DNA of 64,000 bases, taken from Adineta vaga. Taxonomy: Eukaryota; Animalia; Rotifera. Under the pieces are notes generated by a model that searched no databases, had not been told where the DNA came from, and was given only the letters and a program-made list of their open reading frames with translations. The stretch spans positions 11,408,001 through 11,472,000 of the forward strand of contig CP075494.1 in the NCBI GenBank assembly GCA_021613535.1. The letters are read 5' to 3'. Position numbers and translations under genes: made by a program. Shown piece after piece: positions 48,054 to 58,827 of the stretch (positions within the stretch are counted from its first letter, which is position 1; every line of letters starts with the position of its first letter).

Positions 48054-49542
48054 GTTACTAAACGAATGTGTAATGTGTTTGTTCTTTGATTCTCTTTTTT
48101 TCTTTAAATAACTACTGAAGATATGTATGACAGATGAATTGTTTTGTCACCTATGTGAATTTTATTTTACTTTACTTCCAATCTGTGCTTAGCAACGACA
48201 ATCGTATGAAAATTTTTCTTTCCTATGATCGATTAACAGAGAATGTTGTAGAAAGAACAATGAATAAACAATCAAACAGTTTCAATTCACTTCATGACTA
48301 CTGTTAATATGAAAGAAAATTTTGAATAAGACGTAGTTGAGATGTTTTACATGATTCAAATAAGATCGAGAAAGCGATCCTTTGGTTATATGAATAGAAG
48401 AACGTATCTGAATCGATTTTGCAACTCATATGATGCTTTCATCATAATGAGGAACGATTTTCGACACAAGGTAGATTTGATGTCATATTGAATCCACACA
48501 AAAAATTGATAAAATTTGAATTCAATTATTTTTATTTGTTCTGTGTCTGAGACATATTTCGAACGTATTGTACACAGTAAGTTTTGATTGAAAAAAAGAA
48601 TAATAATAGGTGGACGCATGTCAATGCATAATAAGATCAATTCGTCGAAATTAAAATAGTATTGTTCTCGAAAAGAAGAGACTTTCTATGGATAGATGAT
48701 GAAATTAGAATTTATACAATACAATAGTAAATTATATATTTTGTATTCTATTCAATAAGTAATAAGAACTAATTAGTGAGTTGATAAAACTGTGCAGATT
48801 GTTGTAATAGTATTTATCAATTACAGTAGAAATGCAATGTGAATTAACACTCTTTCTGGTAAAGAAGAAATATGAAAAATACTTTAGATTATTTTTCAAT
48901 CGTCAATACTGATTCGATTTGTAACAAGTTCTAGTAAGTAATTGTTTCACTTTTTAATTTTAAGATTTTGTAATACTTTATTCATTTATTCGATGTGTAG
49001 TTAATATATACTTCATTTAACCGTACTATTCAACGGAAAATAATATATGAACAATTATGAAAACAACAGCTCCGACAATGAAGAACTTCTTCAATTACTT
49101 TTTTGCCAGTGGAAAAAGAAGAAACTAAAAGAAATACATAAACACGATCATGTAAGAAATGAATTAATTCGACGAGATTGACAACTATTACATTCGTACA
49201 GACTATGATGATTTTTATATTCTTTAATGCCTTACTCTTTCAAATGGTAACTGAAAATCTATCACATAACTATGGAACATAAGGTAACTGAATAGAGACA
49301 ATTTTTGTCACACACAAAACACACCGAAATTATTCACTTATATTTCTAACTGAAAAGTGAAGAAGTTTAAACAGTGAGTTGATTGATTTGCACGTGGATT
49401 GTGAATTGGCACTGTATACTGGGTTTGGAAGACAATTATGTCGACATATATGTCTAAAGAAAGATTCATTTATCGTACATTTTCAAATAAAACGATCTCA
49501 TATTCAGGTAATCTTTGATGATCACATGAAATATGATTGATT

Positions 49543-50846
49543 CTAAATTTTGACAAACCCATGACAATGATGAATTGTATGACGACGACTACAGCGATTC
49601 GCATTTTCGGATATTATTCTCAGGTTCAGTATGTCTATAGTCATATGTTCAAGAAAACGTGATCTTCGAGTATCTGGACAATTTGAATGATTACAATATT
49701 TGTTTTGACATACAAAGTGTTTTGCATGACTTGGTGTTTCAAGTCTTCCGACAGGATCTAAATAAACATGTGTTTGTTTTTAATCATATTGTAAGCTGTT
49801 GTTTCTCATAGGAACGATCTCGATTACTTACCTGATTTTTTTCTCAAATGTATTATTAGTGAACCGTTCGAATCAGTATGAGGGTAGTCTGCTTGAATCA
49901 GTTTTGACCCAGGCCATAACATTATCTCTTTAGACTTATCACTGGAATAAGCACTTATCAATTTACCTTGAACACCTGATAAACAAGTAGATAGTAACTG
50001 TTCATTAGCATGTTGAGTTTTGTATTTCTTTAATTCAGTATCAGAGACTATCCATGTTCCCAATGAAGTATACTGTAGTTCTGAATTTGAAAGAAGGCTT
50101 TTTTTAACATCATCATCGCAAGGTATGACCTGCCAAAGTTTTTGACTGTCTGCCTCGGGCAATTTATCGAACGCTGTTTTTAATAAGTTCAGATATTTGA
50201 ACCATTGTTTGAGTTTAGATTTATCTCCGGAACTAAATGCTGCTTGTAGACGACTGTCAAGGCTTCCTGACTCCCATTGCATTGTATAAAGATAAATAGC
50301 AGCCGATTCATCACGAGTAAGATGAGAATCATTTGGGTAATGACATTTTGTTTTAGCTTCTTTGATGTACCGAGATAGTTGGTCAATATCATTAGAAAAC
50401 GGTTTCATAGCGTCTTCCAATGATGTAAGCGGTTCATTACGGTAACCAACCATAAGTTCTTCAGGATTATTTGTAAGAACGGAAATATTATTTTTATGTG
50501 GTCGTATGGGAGGAGCTTTCTGTATTTTTCTCTCGAAATAGATGTCCTGTGATTGATTATGGTTAGAAAGGTTTCTTGGTTGAAGACGATGTTCTGTAAA
50601 ATTTTCAGCTAATTGATCAATACTACCAATAAGAGGAATGAGAACGTTCTTAGAAGAACTCTCTGAAGATTTCTGACGATTGATTGGATGACTATCAGGT
50701 CTTTTAGCATCTAATCTTGTGAATGCATTTTTTTCTAAAGATGCATTTTCCCTATTAAGTCGATATAGATGGCTTGCTTCGTCAGAAACCATCATTGACG
50801 ACGATTGTGGTGCAGGTTTTTTACAACAGCAACATCGACATCCCAT
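49543..50846 (-). CDS. Predicted N-acylated ART-fold protein (R-S-E clade, catalytically degenerate) with Cys/His-rich tail exon
   Basis: MGCRCCCCK start; GYRNEPLTSLEDA, LTRDESAAIYLYTM, WFKYLNLLKTA; LWQV in place of RG; exon 2 from 49757 (KHFVCQNKYC..NRCSRRH..HCHG). 3' end uncertain: a further exon near 49450 (HICRHNC) is possible. Confidence 0.8.
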
Positions 50847-51455
50847 AGTTTTACGTAGATTCTTTTCAGGTCTAATGCAAAGTTTAAAAACAGTTGTAAC
50901 AATTGTATTTGTGTTTCTGTTTTGGTTATTTTATATTAGTGAAGAGAGTAACATTCATTCTTCTTTTTATTGTACATTTGAAAGACTTCTTTACATAATT
51001 ATTACTATGTGAGTATGAGCATCAGCCAAAATACTGTTCGTATCGATTTCAATAGAAATAAAAAGCAACTCTTTCCTTCAGTGCATCGTTTTATTAGCAG
51101 GATTTTTTGTGTGAGATGACACGAGTATTCGTACTGTTAGGTAGAGTATACCAACGATGTTTAATTAGATTCTAGTTTTTTTTGTGTCTTTCGAGAAGCT
51201 ACTCAATTATTTTTTCCAGTGCTATAAGAATATGTATAAATGCTGGAAGATTTGCTGCTAATCTTTTTTTCGTCGACGAACTAATTGTTTTATCTTTATT
51301 CGTTTCTTTATCGTACAAACACTGCATAGCAATTAACCAATCGGAATGTGAGTTTTATTACAATTCTTTACTTCCGACTCTGAAAAATTCCCTATAAAAT
51401 AACAACAACATCAGTTTTTACATGTGTATGAAATAAATTCAGTTTTTTGCGCCAC

Positions 51456-53480
51456 ATGAGCCAAAAGAAGGTACCACCACGAAATAATTTCTCCAATGCA
51501 GGAAAATCTAAAGCAACACTTTCTTCCAACAAAAGTAAAACAGTAACGAAACAAACGCAGCAAACTGTTTCGCCATCATCATCATCATCATCATCAAATA
51601 CTGCTGCAACAACTAAAGATGATTTCGAAGAAGTTTCGAGTATGCAGAACTGTACACTCTTCTGGTTAGATGCTAACATCGATCTTGAAGATAACAGTTA
51701 TCGTAATTCAGTTACTCAACTACGATCTATTGTCAGTGTCATTCGTGTATTCAATGCTATTGATGAATGTATCGAAATTCTCAAGAAAATTAAAAAGCAA
51801 AAGGTTCTACTGGTAGTATGTGATTCTCTTGGTCCTCATATTGTACCACGCATTCATGATATGCATAATCTCTTTGCAATTTTCATGTTTTCTAACAAAA
51901 AATCAATTGATGAATCATGGACGACCAATTGGACAAAAATTACTGGTATATTTACAGATATCAACAGTCTTTGTGAATCAGTTCAACAAATTGTGCGGCA
52001 ATGTGAACAAGATTTTATAGATATCAGTTTATTTCCAGTAAATAATTCATCCGGTTCAAATCAAGATCAGCTTGATCAATCATTTATGTATACACAATTA
52101 ATCAAAGAAATAATTCTGGAACTTAACTATAGTGATGAAAATATTATAGAACTAGTAGTATATTGTCGGAAGAAATATTCTGGCAAACAAGACGAGTTAC
52201 AAACAATCAATGAATTTCGAAATGGATATCGAAACACATTGTCTATATGGTGGTATTCACGTGAATGTTTTATCTATCAAATGCTTAACTTGGCACTTCG
52301 ACAACAAGAACTTGATTCTATTATTAGAATGGGATTTTTCATTCGTGATCTTCTTCAACAGATTGAAGATCTATATAAAGAGCAAACAAAAGATTTTCGA
52401 GCAAAACTAACACTCTTTCGTGGTCAACGTGTTTTACTTAAGAAATTCGAAGAAATGAAAAAAACAATTGGTGGTTTGATTTCATTCAATAATTTCTTAT
52501 CAACAAGTAAGCAACTTAGCGTGGCGAAGAAATTTGCTAATCCATTATCTATGGATCGGTCAACAATTGCTGTACTCTTTATTATCACCGTTGATGCATG
52601 CGTTTCATCCGTTCCTTTTGCTAATATTCGTAACATAAGTTATATTTCAGGTGAAGAAGAAATATTATTTTCAATGAATGCTATTTTTCGTATAACTGAT
52701 ATAAAACCAAGTGATGAAAATCATGGACTTTGGAATGTCTATCTTACAGCAACAAGTGACAAAGATCGCCAGTTAAATAATCTCTTGGAACACATGCGAT
52801 TAGAAATTGATGGATCGTCAGCATTGTATCGATTAGGTGCTTTAATGATGAAATTTGGTGCATTCAAAAAAGCCGAAGAAATTTATAATAACCTTCTTAA
52901 ACAAGAGCTTGATGAAGTGGAAAAAGGAAACACTTATTATCAACTTGGTCACATCAATGATAATCTAGGTGATTACAAGAGAGCCCTTGATTTCTATCAG
53001 CAAGCCTTGAAAATTTATATGGCACATCTTCGAGCTGATCATCCAAATATTGCAACTTGTTACAATAATATTGGCTTAGCGTATGATAACATGGATGATT
53101 ATAACAAGGCGCTTCCCTTCTATGAAAAAGCTCTTGAAATCTACAAAACAAGTCTACCAGAAGATCATCCAAATATCGCTATTTCCTACAATAGTATTGG
53201 TTTAATATACAACACTAAAGGTGAATATCAAAAGGCACGTTCATATTGTGAGAGGGCACTTGCTATTTTCAAAGAAAAACTTCCATCAAATCATCCATTG
53301 ATAGCGACTTCGCACAGTAATCTTGGTTCAGTATATGCAAATTTGAGAAGTTTTTCAGAAGCTATTGGTTCATACAAACGTGCCGTAGATATTGGACAAT
53401 TAGCACTACCTCCGAACCATCCCAATCTGGCTGTATACAAGCAAAATCTTGAATCTGTGACCAAGAAAGGAAATAAATGA
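51456..53480 (+). CDS. ART-TPR protein: receiver-like N-terminal domain, ADP-ribosyltransferase (R-S-E intact), kinesin-light-chain-type TPRs; intronless CDS
   Basis: LFWLDANID..; IWWYSRE..IYQMLNLALR; LFRGQ (R ~52419), FLSTS (~52500), EEEILF (~52653); TPRs with the HPNIATCYNNIG pattern; ATG at 51456. Confidence 0.9.
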   Translation: MSQKKVPPRNNFSNAGKSKATLSSNKSKTVTKQTQQTVSPSSSSSSSNTAATTKDDFEEVSSMQNCTLFWLDANIDLEDNSYRNSVTQLRSIVSVIRVFNAIDECIEILKKIKKQKVLLVVCDSLGPHIVPRIHDMHNLFAIFMFSNKKSIDESWTTNWTKITGIFTDINSLCESVQQIVRQCEQDFIDISLFPVNNSSGSNQDQLDQSFMYTQLIKEIILELNYSDENIIELVVYCRKKYSGKQDELQTINEFRNGYRNTLSIWWYSRECFIYQMLNLALRQQELDSIIRMGFFIRDLLQQIEDLYKEQTKDFRAKLTLFRGQRVLLKKFEEMKKTIGGLISFNNFLSTSKQLSVAKKFANPLSMDRSTIAVLFIITVDACVSSVPFANIRNISYISGEEEILFSMNAIFRITDIKPSDENHGLWNVYLTATSDKDRQLNNLLEHMRLEIDGSSALYRLGALMMKFGAFKKAEEIYNNLLKQELDEVEKGNTYYQLGHINDNLGDYKRALDFYQQALKIYMAHLRADHPNIATCYNNIGLAYDNMDDYNKALPFYEKALEIYKTSLPEDHPNIAISYNSIGLIYNTKGEYQKARSYCERALAIFKEKLPSNHPLIATSHSNLGSVYANLRSFSEAIGSYKRAVDIGQLALPPNHPNLAVYKQNLESVTKKGNK

Positions 53481-53720
53481 TTATCAAAATCGAAGGATGA
53501 ACATTTAACTGTGTCATAATCTTAATAAACGAGAGAGTTAGTTTTGAAATGAAACTTTTCCATCACTAGTGATATCAATAAGAAAGAATGAATGCAACGG
53601 TATATGTTTTGAGAATAGATATTTTTAATTTAGAAAGCGTAAAGTAACAACGAATAAATTTGTATGACATAAAATAAAAAGAAATTCAATAATTATTGAT
53701 TAGCAAGAAAAGAAAGTTGT

Positions 53721-54836
53721 TCAGAAAAAAGCCGCATCTATTAATTCTTCGAATTCATTATTTGTTTTCGTATTTGACATTGTATCCAGAAGTTCTAATA
53801 AAAAGAAAACATAGCCGATCAATCCAAGATGAGAACAATTCGTTCTGTTCTTACCAAAATAAAATGGAGTAAAATGAAGTTGCATTGTACGTTCATCGAT
53901 GCGGATTAATTGTGAATCATAAGTTATTTGTTCTTGTTGAGGTAATGAATGAATTACCGATGCTGGACGTGATGGTGATGATTCACTCTCAACTTCACTT
54001 TCTTCACTGGTTGCTGGGGGTGAAACTGGTATACCCATACATTCATGAATTAAACGCATAACAGCTGTACGATCATAATCACGTGGACGAATTGACGGTG
54101 GAATACTGAAAAAGAATAACCAACACATGCTATCATTCGGCTCATATAAAACTAACCGTCGGAAAAAGTAATTCACACGTTGTTCAAGAGCAGTGTCAGA
54201 AATTTGTGGATTGAGTTTGAGCAATTGAAGAATTTTATGTCTAATAAGAGAAAGAATTAGAATGTCAAAATCAATCGGGAAAGTGATTTTTCACTACACT
54301 AGGAAAACTTCGATGCTACCTTCACCGGCAATAGCATCAACATTTAAACGTCGAAAACCAAGACGTCGATTATGTAAATATTGTCGAATAAGTGACGCAT
54401 CATGGCGAGTAAATATATATGCTGTTAATTCACCCTCTCCCCATGGACGTGTTAATGTTTGTTCACGAACAACAATTACACCTAAAATCTAAAAAAATAA
54501 ACAGACATTACTTTGAAAAATAGTTTTATCAAAAAAATCAAATAACTAACACGAGCACCATGAATTTCACGTGTTAATAATGTTTCCCATTCATGTGGCT
54601 GCATCATATGATCAAGATTATGAATAACTAACATTACTAATTTCAGACCAGTATTCGACAATCTATTCAAAGATATCAAATTCAACGAAAAACAATACAA
54701 AAAAAAACGAAGAAGTATTTTACTCATCATGTTCATCTTCACTGTATTGTGAATGCGATGTAATACCTACAAAAATTCATAAAGTCTACAATAAATATTT
54801 TATTTTCAACTTACTATTTCGTTTTCGTGCATACAT
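53721..54836 (-). CDS. Uncharacterised protein with a divergent RRM-like domain, 5 exons
   Basis: MYARKRN|SITS..HD|ELSNTGLKLVMLVIHNL..PHEWETLLTRE..|ILGVIVVRE..TAYIFTRHDASLIRQYLHNRRLGFRRLNVD fits a beta-alpha-beta-beta-alpha-beta pattern. Confidence 0.65.
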
Positions 54837-55097
54837 TGTTGTAATTGTGTACTATACAATAGTGTATGTCCTAGCTAACCTTAGTTGAATTCTATGAATG
54901 AATCAAATATATGCGTCATATGATTTGTTCATTTCTTTGTTTTCTTTCTTTGGTCTATTACGTATATGATAAACATTCCAGTCAATGACGAAAGTTTTCT
55001 TCTTTATGATCATTTCAACTATCTGTCTTTATTTCATTTCAAACAAACAAATAAATATATATATATAAATAAACATATAAACATAAAAATAAACAAA

Positions 55098-55340
55098 TCA
55101 ATTCTTTCGCAAACGATTAAGTTCTTCTTCCAATTGACGAATTTCATCTTCGAATATTTGATGTTCTTTACATTTGATATGATGAGCAGAAATTAATTCT
55201 TTGAATAAATTCATTCGTGTTATTTCATTATTGTTTTTCTTCGTCAAATCCAAAGATAATAGATCAACATAACAATCTAATAATACATCAGTTATACCCC
55301 AATGATCCATATAAGATTGAAAAAATTCTTGTTTGTCCAT
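55098..55340 (-). CDS. Small MYCBP/AMY-1-like (DPY30/RIIa dimerisation-type) coiled-coil protein
   Basis: MDKQEFFQSYMDHWGITDVLLDCYVDLL resembles the MYCBP 'FRRYLEKSGVLDTL' segment (from memory); C-terminal heptads EDEIRQLEEELNRLRK. Confidence 0.55.
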   Translation of the reverse strand: MDKQEFFQSYMDHWGITDVLLDCYVDLLSLDLTKKNNNEITRMNLFKELISAHHIKCKEHQIFEDEIRQLEEELNRLRKN

Positions 55341-55382
55341 GTGAATGAATTTATATCTAGAAGATAGAAAAATAGGAAATGC

Positions 55383-56552
55383 TTATTTTGTAACAACAGC
55401 TAAAGTATAAGCGGCAGCACCATGTGCAAATCCTACACAGAAAAAGCCCAATAAAGGAATAGAAAAAACAAAGATATAGGGAATAGCAAAAGCGAGTAGC
55501 ACGAAATAGTTGTCACGTAGGAAATGTGTAATTTTTCTATGCGGTAAAATTAATTGATTAGGTGGCCGATCAACATCAGTGGTTATTTGCCAATTAAAAA
55601 ATGGATGAAATAATGCCGGAACAAGAAAACCTAAGAAATGATAACGTGATGGTGGTATCGGTGATTTGATCGAAATTGGACGATGATTAGCAACGGTATG
55701 TGTATGAATACGTGATAGATATGTGTCAAATAATTCTCGAGCAAGTGCCGTACTTGCCATTTGTACATGTAAGATGGATAATGCATAGGGATGTAATGAT
55801 TTGAAGATTGTTAGTAGAAAAAGTAAAACAAAGAATGTTGTTCGTAAATAGACGTGTTTCGTATTCGTAATAGTATAGCGTGCATATTTTAGAACCCAAA
55901 GAGCGGGAACAAGTCGACCAAGGTATGGTATTGAACGAAGAACATGAATAACTGTAACGATAGCAAAGATTTGAATTGTACGACGAAGAAAGTAATATAA
56001 TGAACTAGTAAATGATTGCCGAGCACGTGAATTCAAACTTTCAGCTAACAATGGATTCACCGATGCTAATACAGAAAAGAATAATTTATCGTATCCTAAA
56101 AAAGAAAAATTTTAGTTAGAAATATCATGAAAATATCAATGTACCTAGTAAATTATTCATTGTAAATACAGCCAATAATGGTATAAAAGTAATAAGTTTA
56201 AATAGAAGTGTTCGTGCTGATGAAACATGTTCAAACCATTCAATTAACGATGGAGCAAATGTATATGTAAATGAAATAAGCCAAACAATCAAACGAAATG
56301 GTAGAAAGATAATTATAAGTGAAATATAAATCAAAAGTGTACAGGCAAGAAGTGATAGAAATGATCGTCGTTGTGTTTTCCATACATCTTTAATACATAT
56401 AATTGATTTCGATTTAGAGAAACAATTGCTTACTTACATGTATTATTCCATGAAAGAATAAATCCACGAATAGCACATGAAAAACCAAGACATATCTGAC
56501 TAAGTACTTGTTTAGAGAATTTATCTAATGGTACTGTGTCATGTGACGTCAT
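55383..56552 (-). CDS. Multi-pass membrane protein resembling fungal transmembrane protein UsgS (EI24/CysZ-like), 3 exons
   Basis: MTSHDTVPL..; IPYLGRLV; ASTALARELFDTYLSRIH; FSIPLLGFFCVGFAHGAAAY..VTK* parallels the recalled UsgS motifs SRSLMRELLEPYFARI and VPLLGVLIYGIAEASTAY. Confidence 0.72.
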
Positions 56553-56936
56553 AGTTTGTAATAGTCAACGACGATCGCGTGAAGCATATAAATGAAAATA
56601 TATGAAACGAAAAGGTAAAATGTGGAAAGAAAAAGGAGAATAGAGAGAAAATGTTCTCTTCCAAAGTCCACATTTTCTTCTGATTTCAATCGTTTTTTTT
56701 TAATATCATTCCAATGAAAGATATTCTATCTATTTAATAATACTAGTTGTAATCGATCTTAGAATAAGTGTGAAATTTCTTCAGATAATTAAGAAATAAA
56801 TTAAAAATTGACACGTATGGATTCATATCCTCATGGAGATAGGTTGAAGGGAAAAAAATAGTTCTCTATTTGACAATATATTAAAAGAACTCTAGATTAT
56901 GAACTATGTCATTGTATATGTTTCAACATCATTATT

Positions 56937-58084
56937 TTATTTAAGACAACATTTATCACAAAAACGATTTTCGCATTTATGACATTGACGTAGATCACAA
57001 CAATCATTGTAACAACGTGCACATGAATTTACAGGACCACAATGATGATGACAATGATGAACTAAATATGAAAAACCATAACAATGTTGTGGTTTGTGAT
57101 TACCACGACAACGATTTCCACAATTAGGATTTGGACATACGAAGTGTTTTTCAGATGGTGGTCTTTTAATCTTTACTTGTTTTGGAGGTTCTAAATATAA
57201 ATATGAAATCAATGCAATAAAATGCTGCTGAATGAAGTAGAGATAATACATGACTACATGAAATTATACTTACCAATTTTCTTAACAAGATGAGCAACTA
57301 CTGAACCATTCGCATCAACCACAGCATATTTCGATACACCTAATTTCATTCCAGGCCACATAATAATTTCTTGTGATTTACTTGCTGTATAACCAGTTAC
57401 ATTCTTTCCATTAACAGCTTCATAACTAACTAACATTGTTTTTTGTCCACCATATTTTTGTAGATAACTCCGAATCTCGTCATCATTTGGTGCACATGAA
57501 GCCAATTGAGTAAAGATTGGTGCTGCACTGGAACTAAGTTTTTCATTCAATCTTTCATCATAGTTTGTTCCTTGCCAAATACCAGTTGTCGTAGTTGGTA
57601 ATTTGTCAAGTGCAGTTTTAAGTAATTTCAAATATCTGAACCATGATCGAATTTGACTTTGATCACCTGAAGCCCATGCTTTGTGTAATTGATCATTAAC
57701 ATATCGATTATTCCATTTCATTGTATAGATATAGATAGCAGCAGATTCATCACGAGTTAGACCATGTTCGGATGGAAAATGACATTTTGTCTTTGCTTCC
57801 TGAACATAATGAGATAGATGATCAATTTTACTATCTACAGGTTGCAAAGCTTCTTCTAAAGTGCCAAGTGGTTCTTTCTGATAACCCTGAATTAATTGCA
57901 AAGGATTCGTTGGACTGAGACCAATTTTAGTAAATCGTTGTAATGCAGAATAGTCTTGTTCTGGAGCAGGTGCTGCAGTCAATCTGGCGGAATCTGGTCT
58001 TGCTGTTTGTGGAGTAATACTTTTATATGGATTTGATTTCGCTGTTGGTGATACTGCTTTACTTTTTCCGCAACAACACCCCAT
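56937..58084 (-). CDS. Second predicted N-acylated ART-fold pseudoenzyme with Cys/His-rich C-terminal domain, 2 exons (58084-57274, 57190-56937)
   Basis: MGCCCGKS; IQGYQKEPLGTLEEAL, LTRDESAAIYIYTM, WFRYLKLLKTALDKLP, GIWQG, LASCA, SQEIIMWPG; tail KHFVCPNPNCGNRC..HHCHHHC..CARCYNDCC..CHKC..CDKCCLK. Confidence 0.85.
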
Positions 58085-58827
58085 GCTAATTTAAACAACT
58101 TATGATGACTATGACGAAATCGATTGTACACTATGAAAACGAAAACAGAATTTTTCTATGTATAATAACTCCCTCATTTTTTTTGACCACTTCAAACAAT
58201 CAAAGAGAAAGACAAACATTACTTTTCTTACATGGCATTTTACATTTTTTAGTCATCGACAATGTCAATAGGAACGCATGTTGATTGCGTCTTTTTCTCT
58301 TTTCGTCAAAATGTAATTAAATTCCTGAAAATTTTCGAATGCAATTATATAACAACTAATATTTTCTTCTGTCATCAAAAAAAAACTAAGATGCTTTTTC
58401 AACACACTTTTATGACGTTAGTTGATAAAGTTTATGTTAATTTTTTTCCAGAAATAACGAAGAATTTTTATTCTTCTTCTTCTACATTTGTTTGATTGTC
58501 GTTAATACGTACATGAGTCAATGTTTCGTATTCGCTTTTCAATATGTTTGGAGTAACTAACCAAACGTTTGACTTGAAATATAATTGTTCTTTTAATAAA
58601 AAAAAAGCATTCGAAACGGTATATGTACACAGAAAATGTGCTGATTCGTACGTTAACTATTTACTTATAAATTGATTAAAAAAGTTAGGAGGTATCCATC
58701 AATATCAAAACAAAAAGGTATATGACAATTGTTATATATAAATCTGTTGTCAGAGTTTATTAAAGATCTATCATGATCTACATATATACAAATGAAAAAA
58801 AAAGATTAATATAATTATATTATATCT

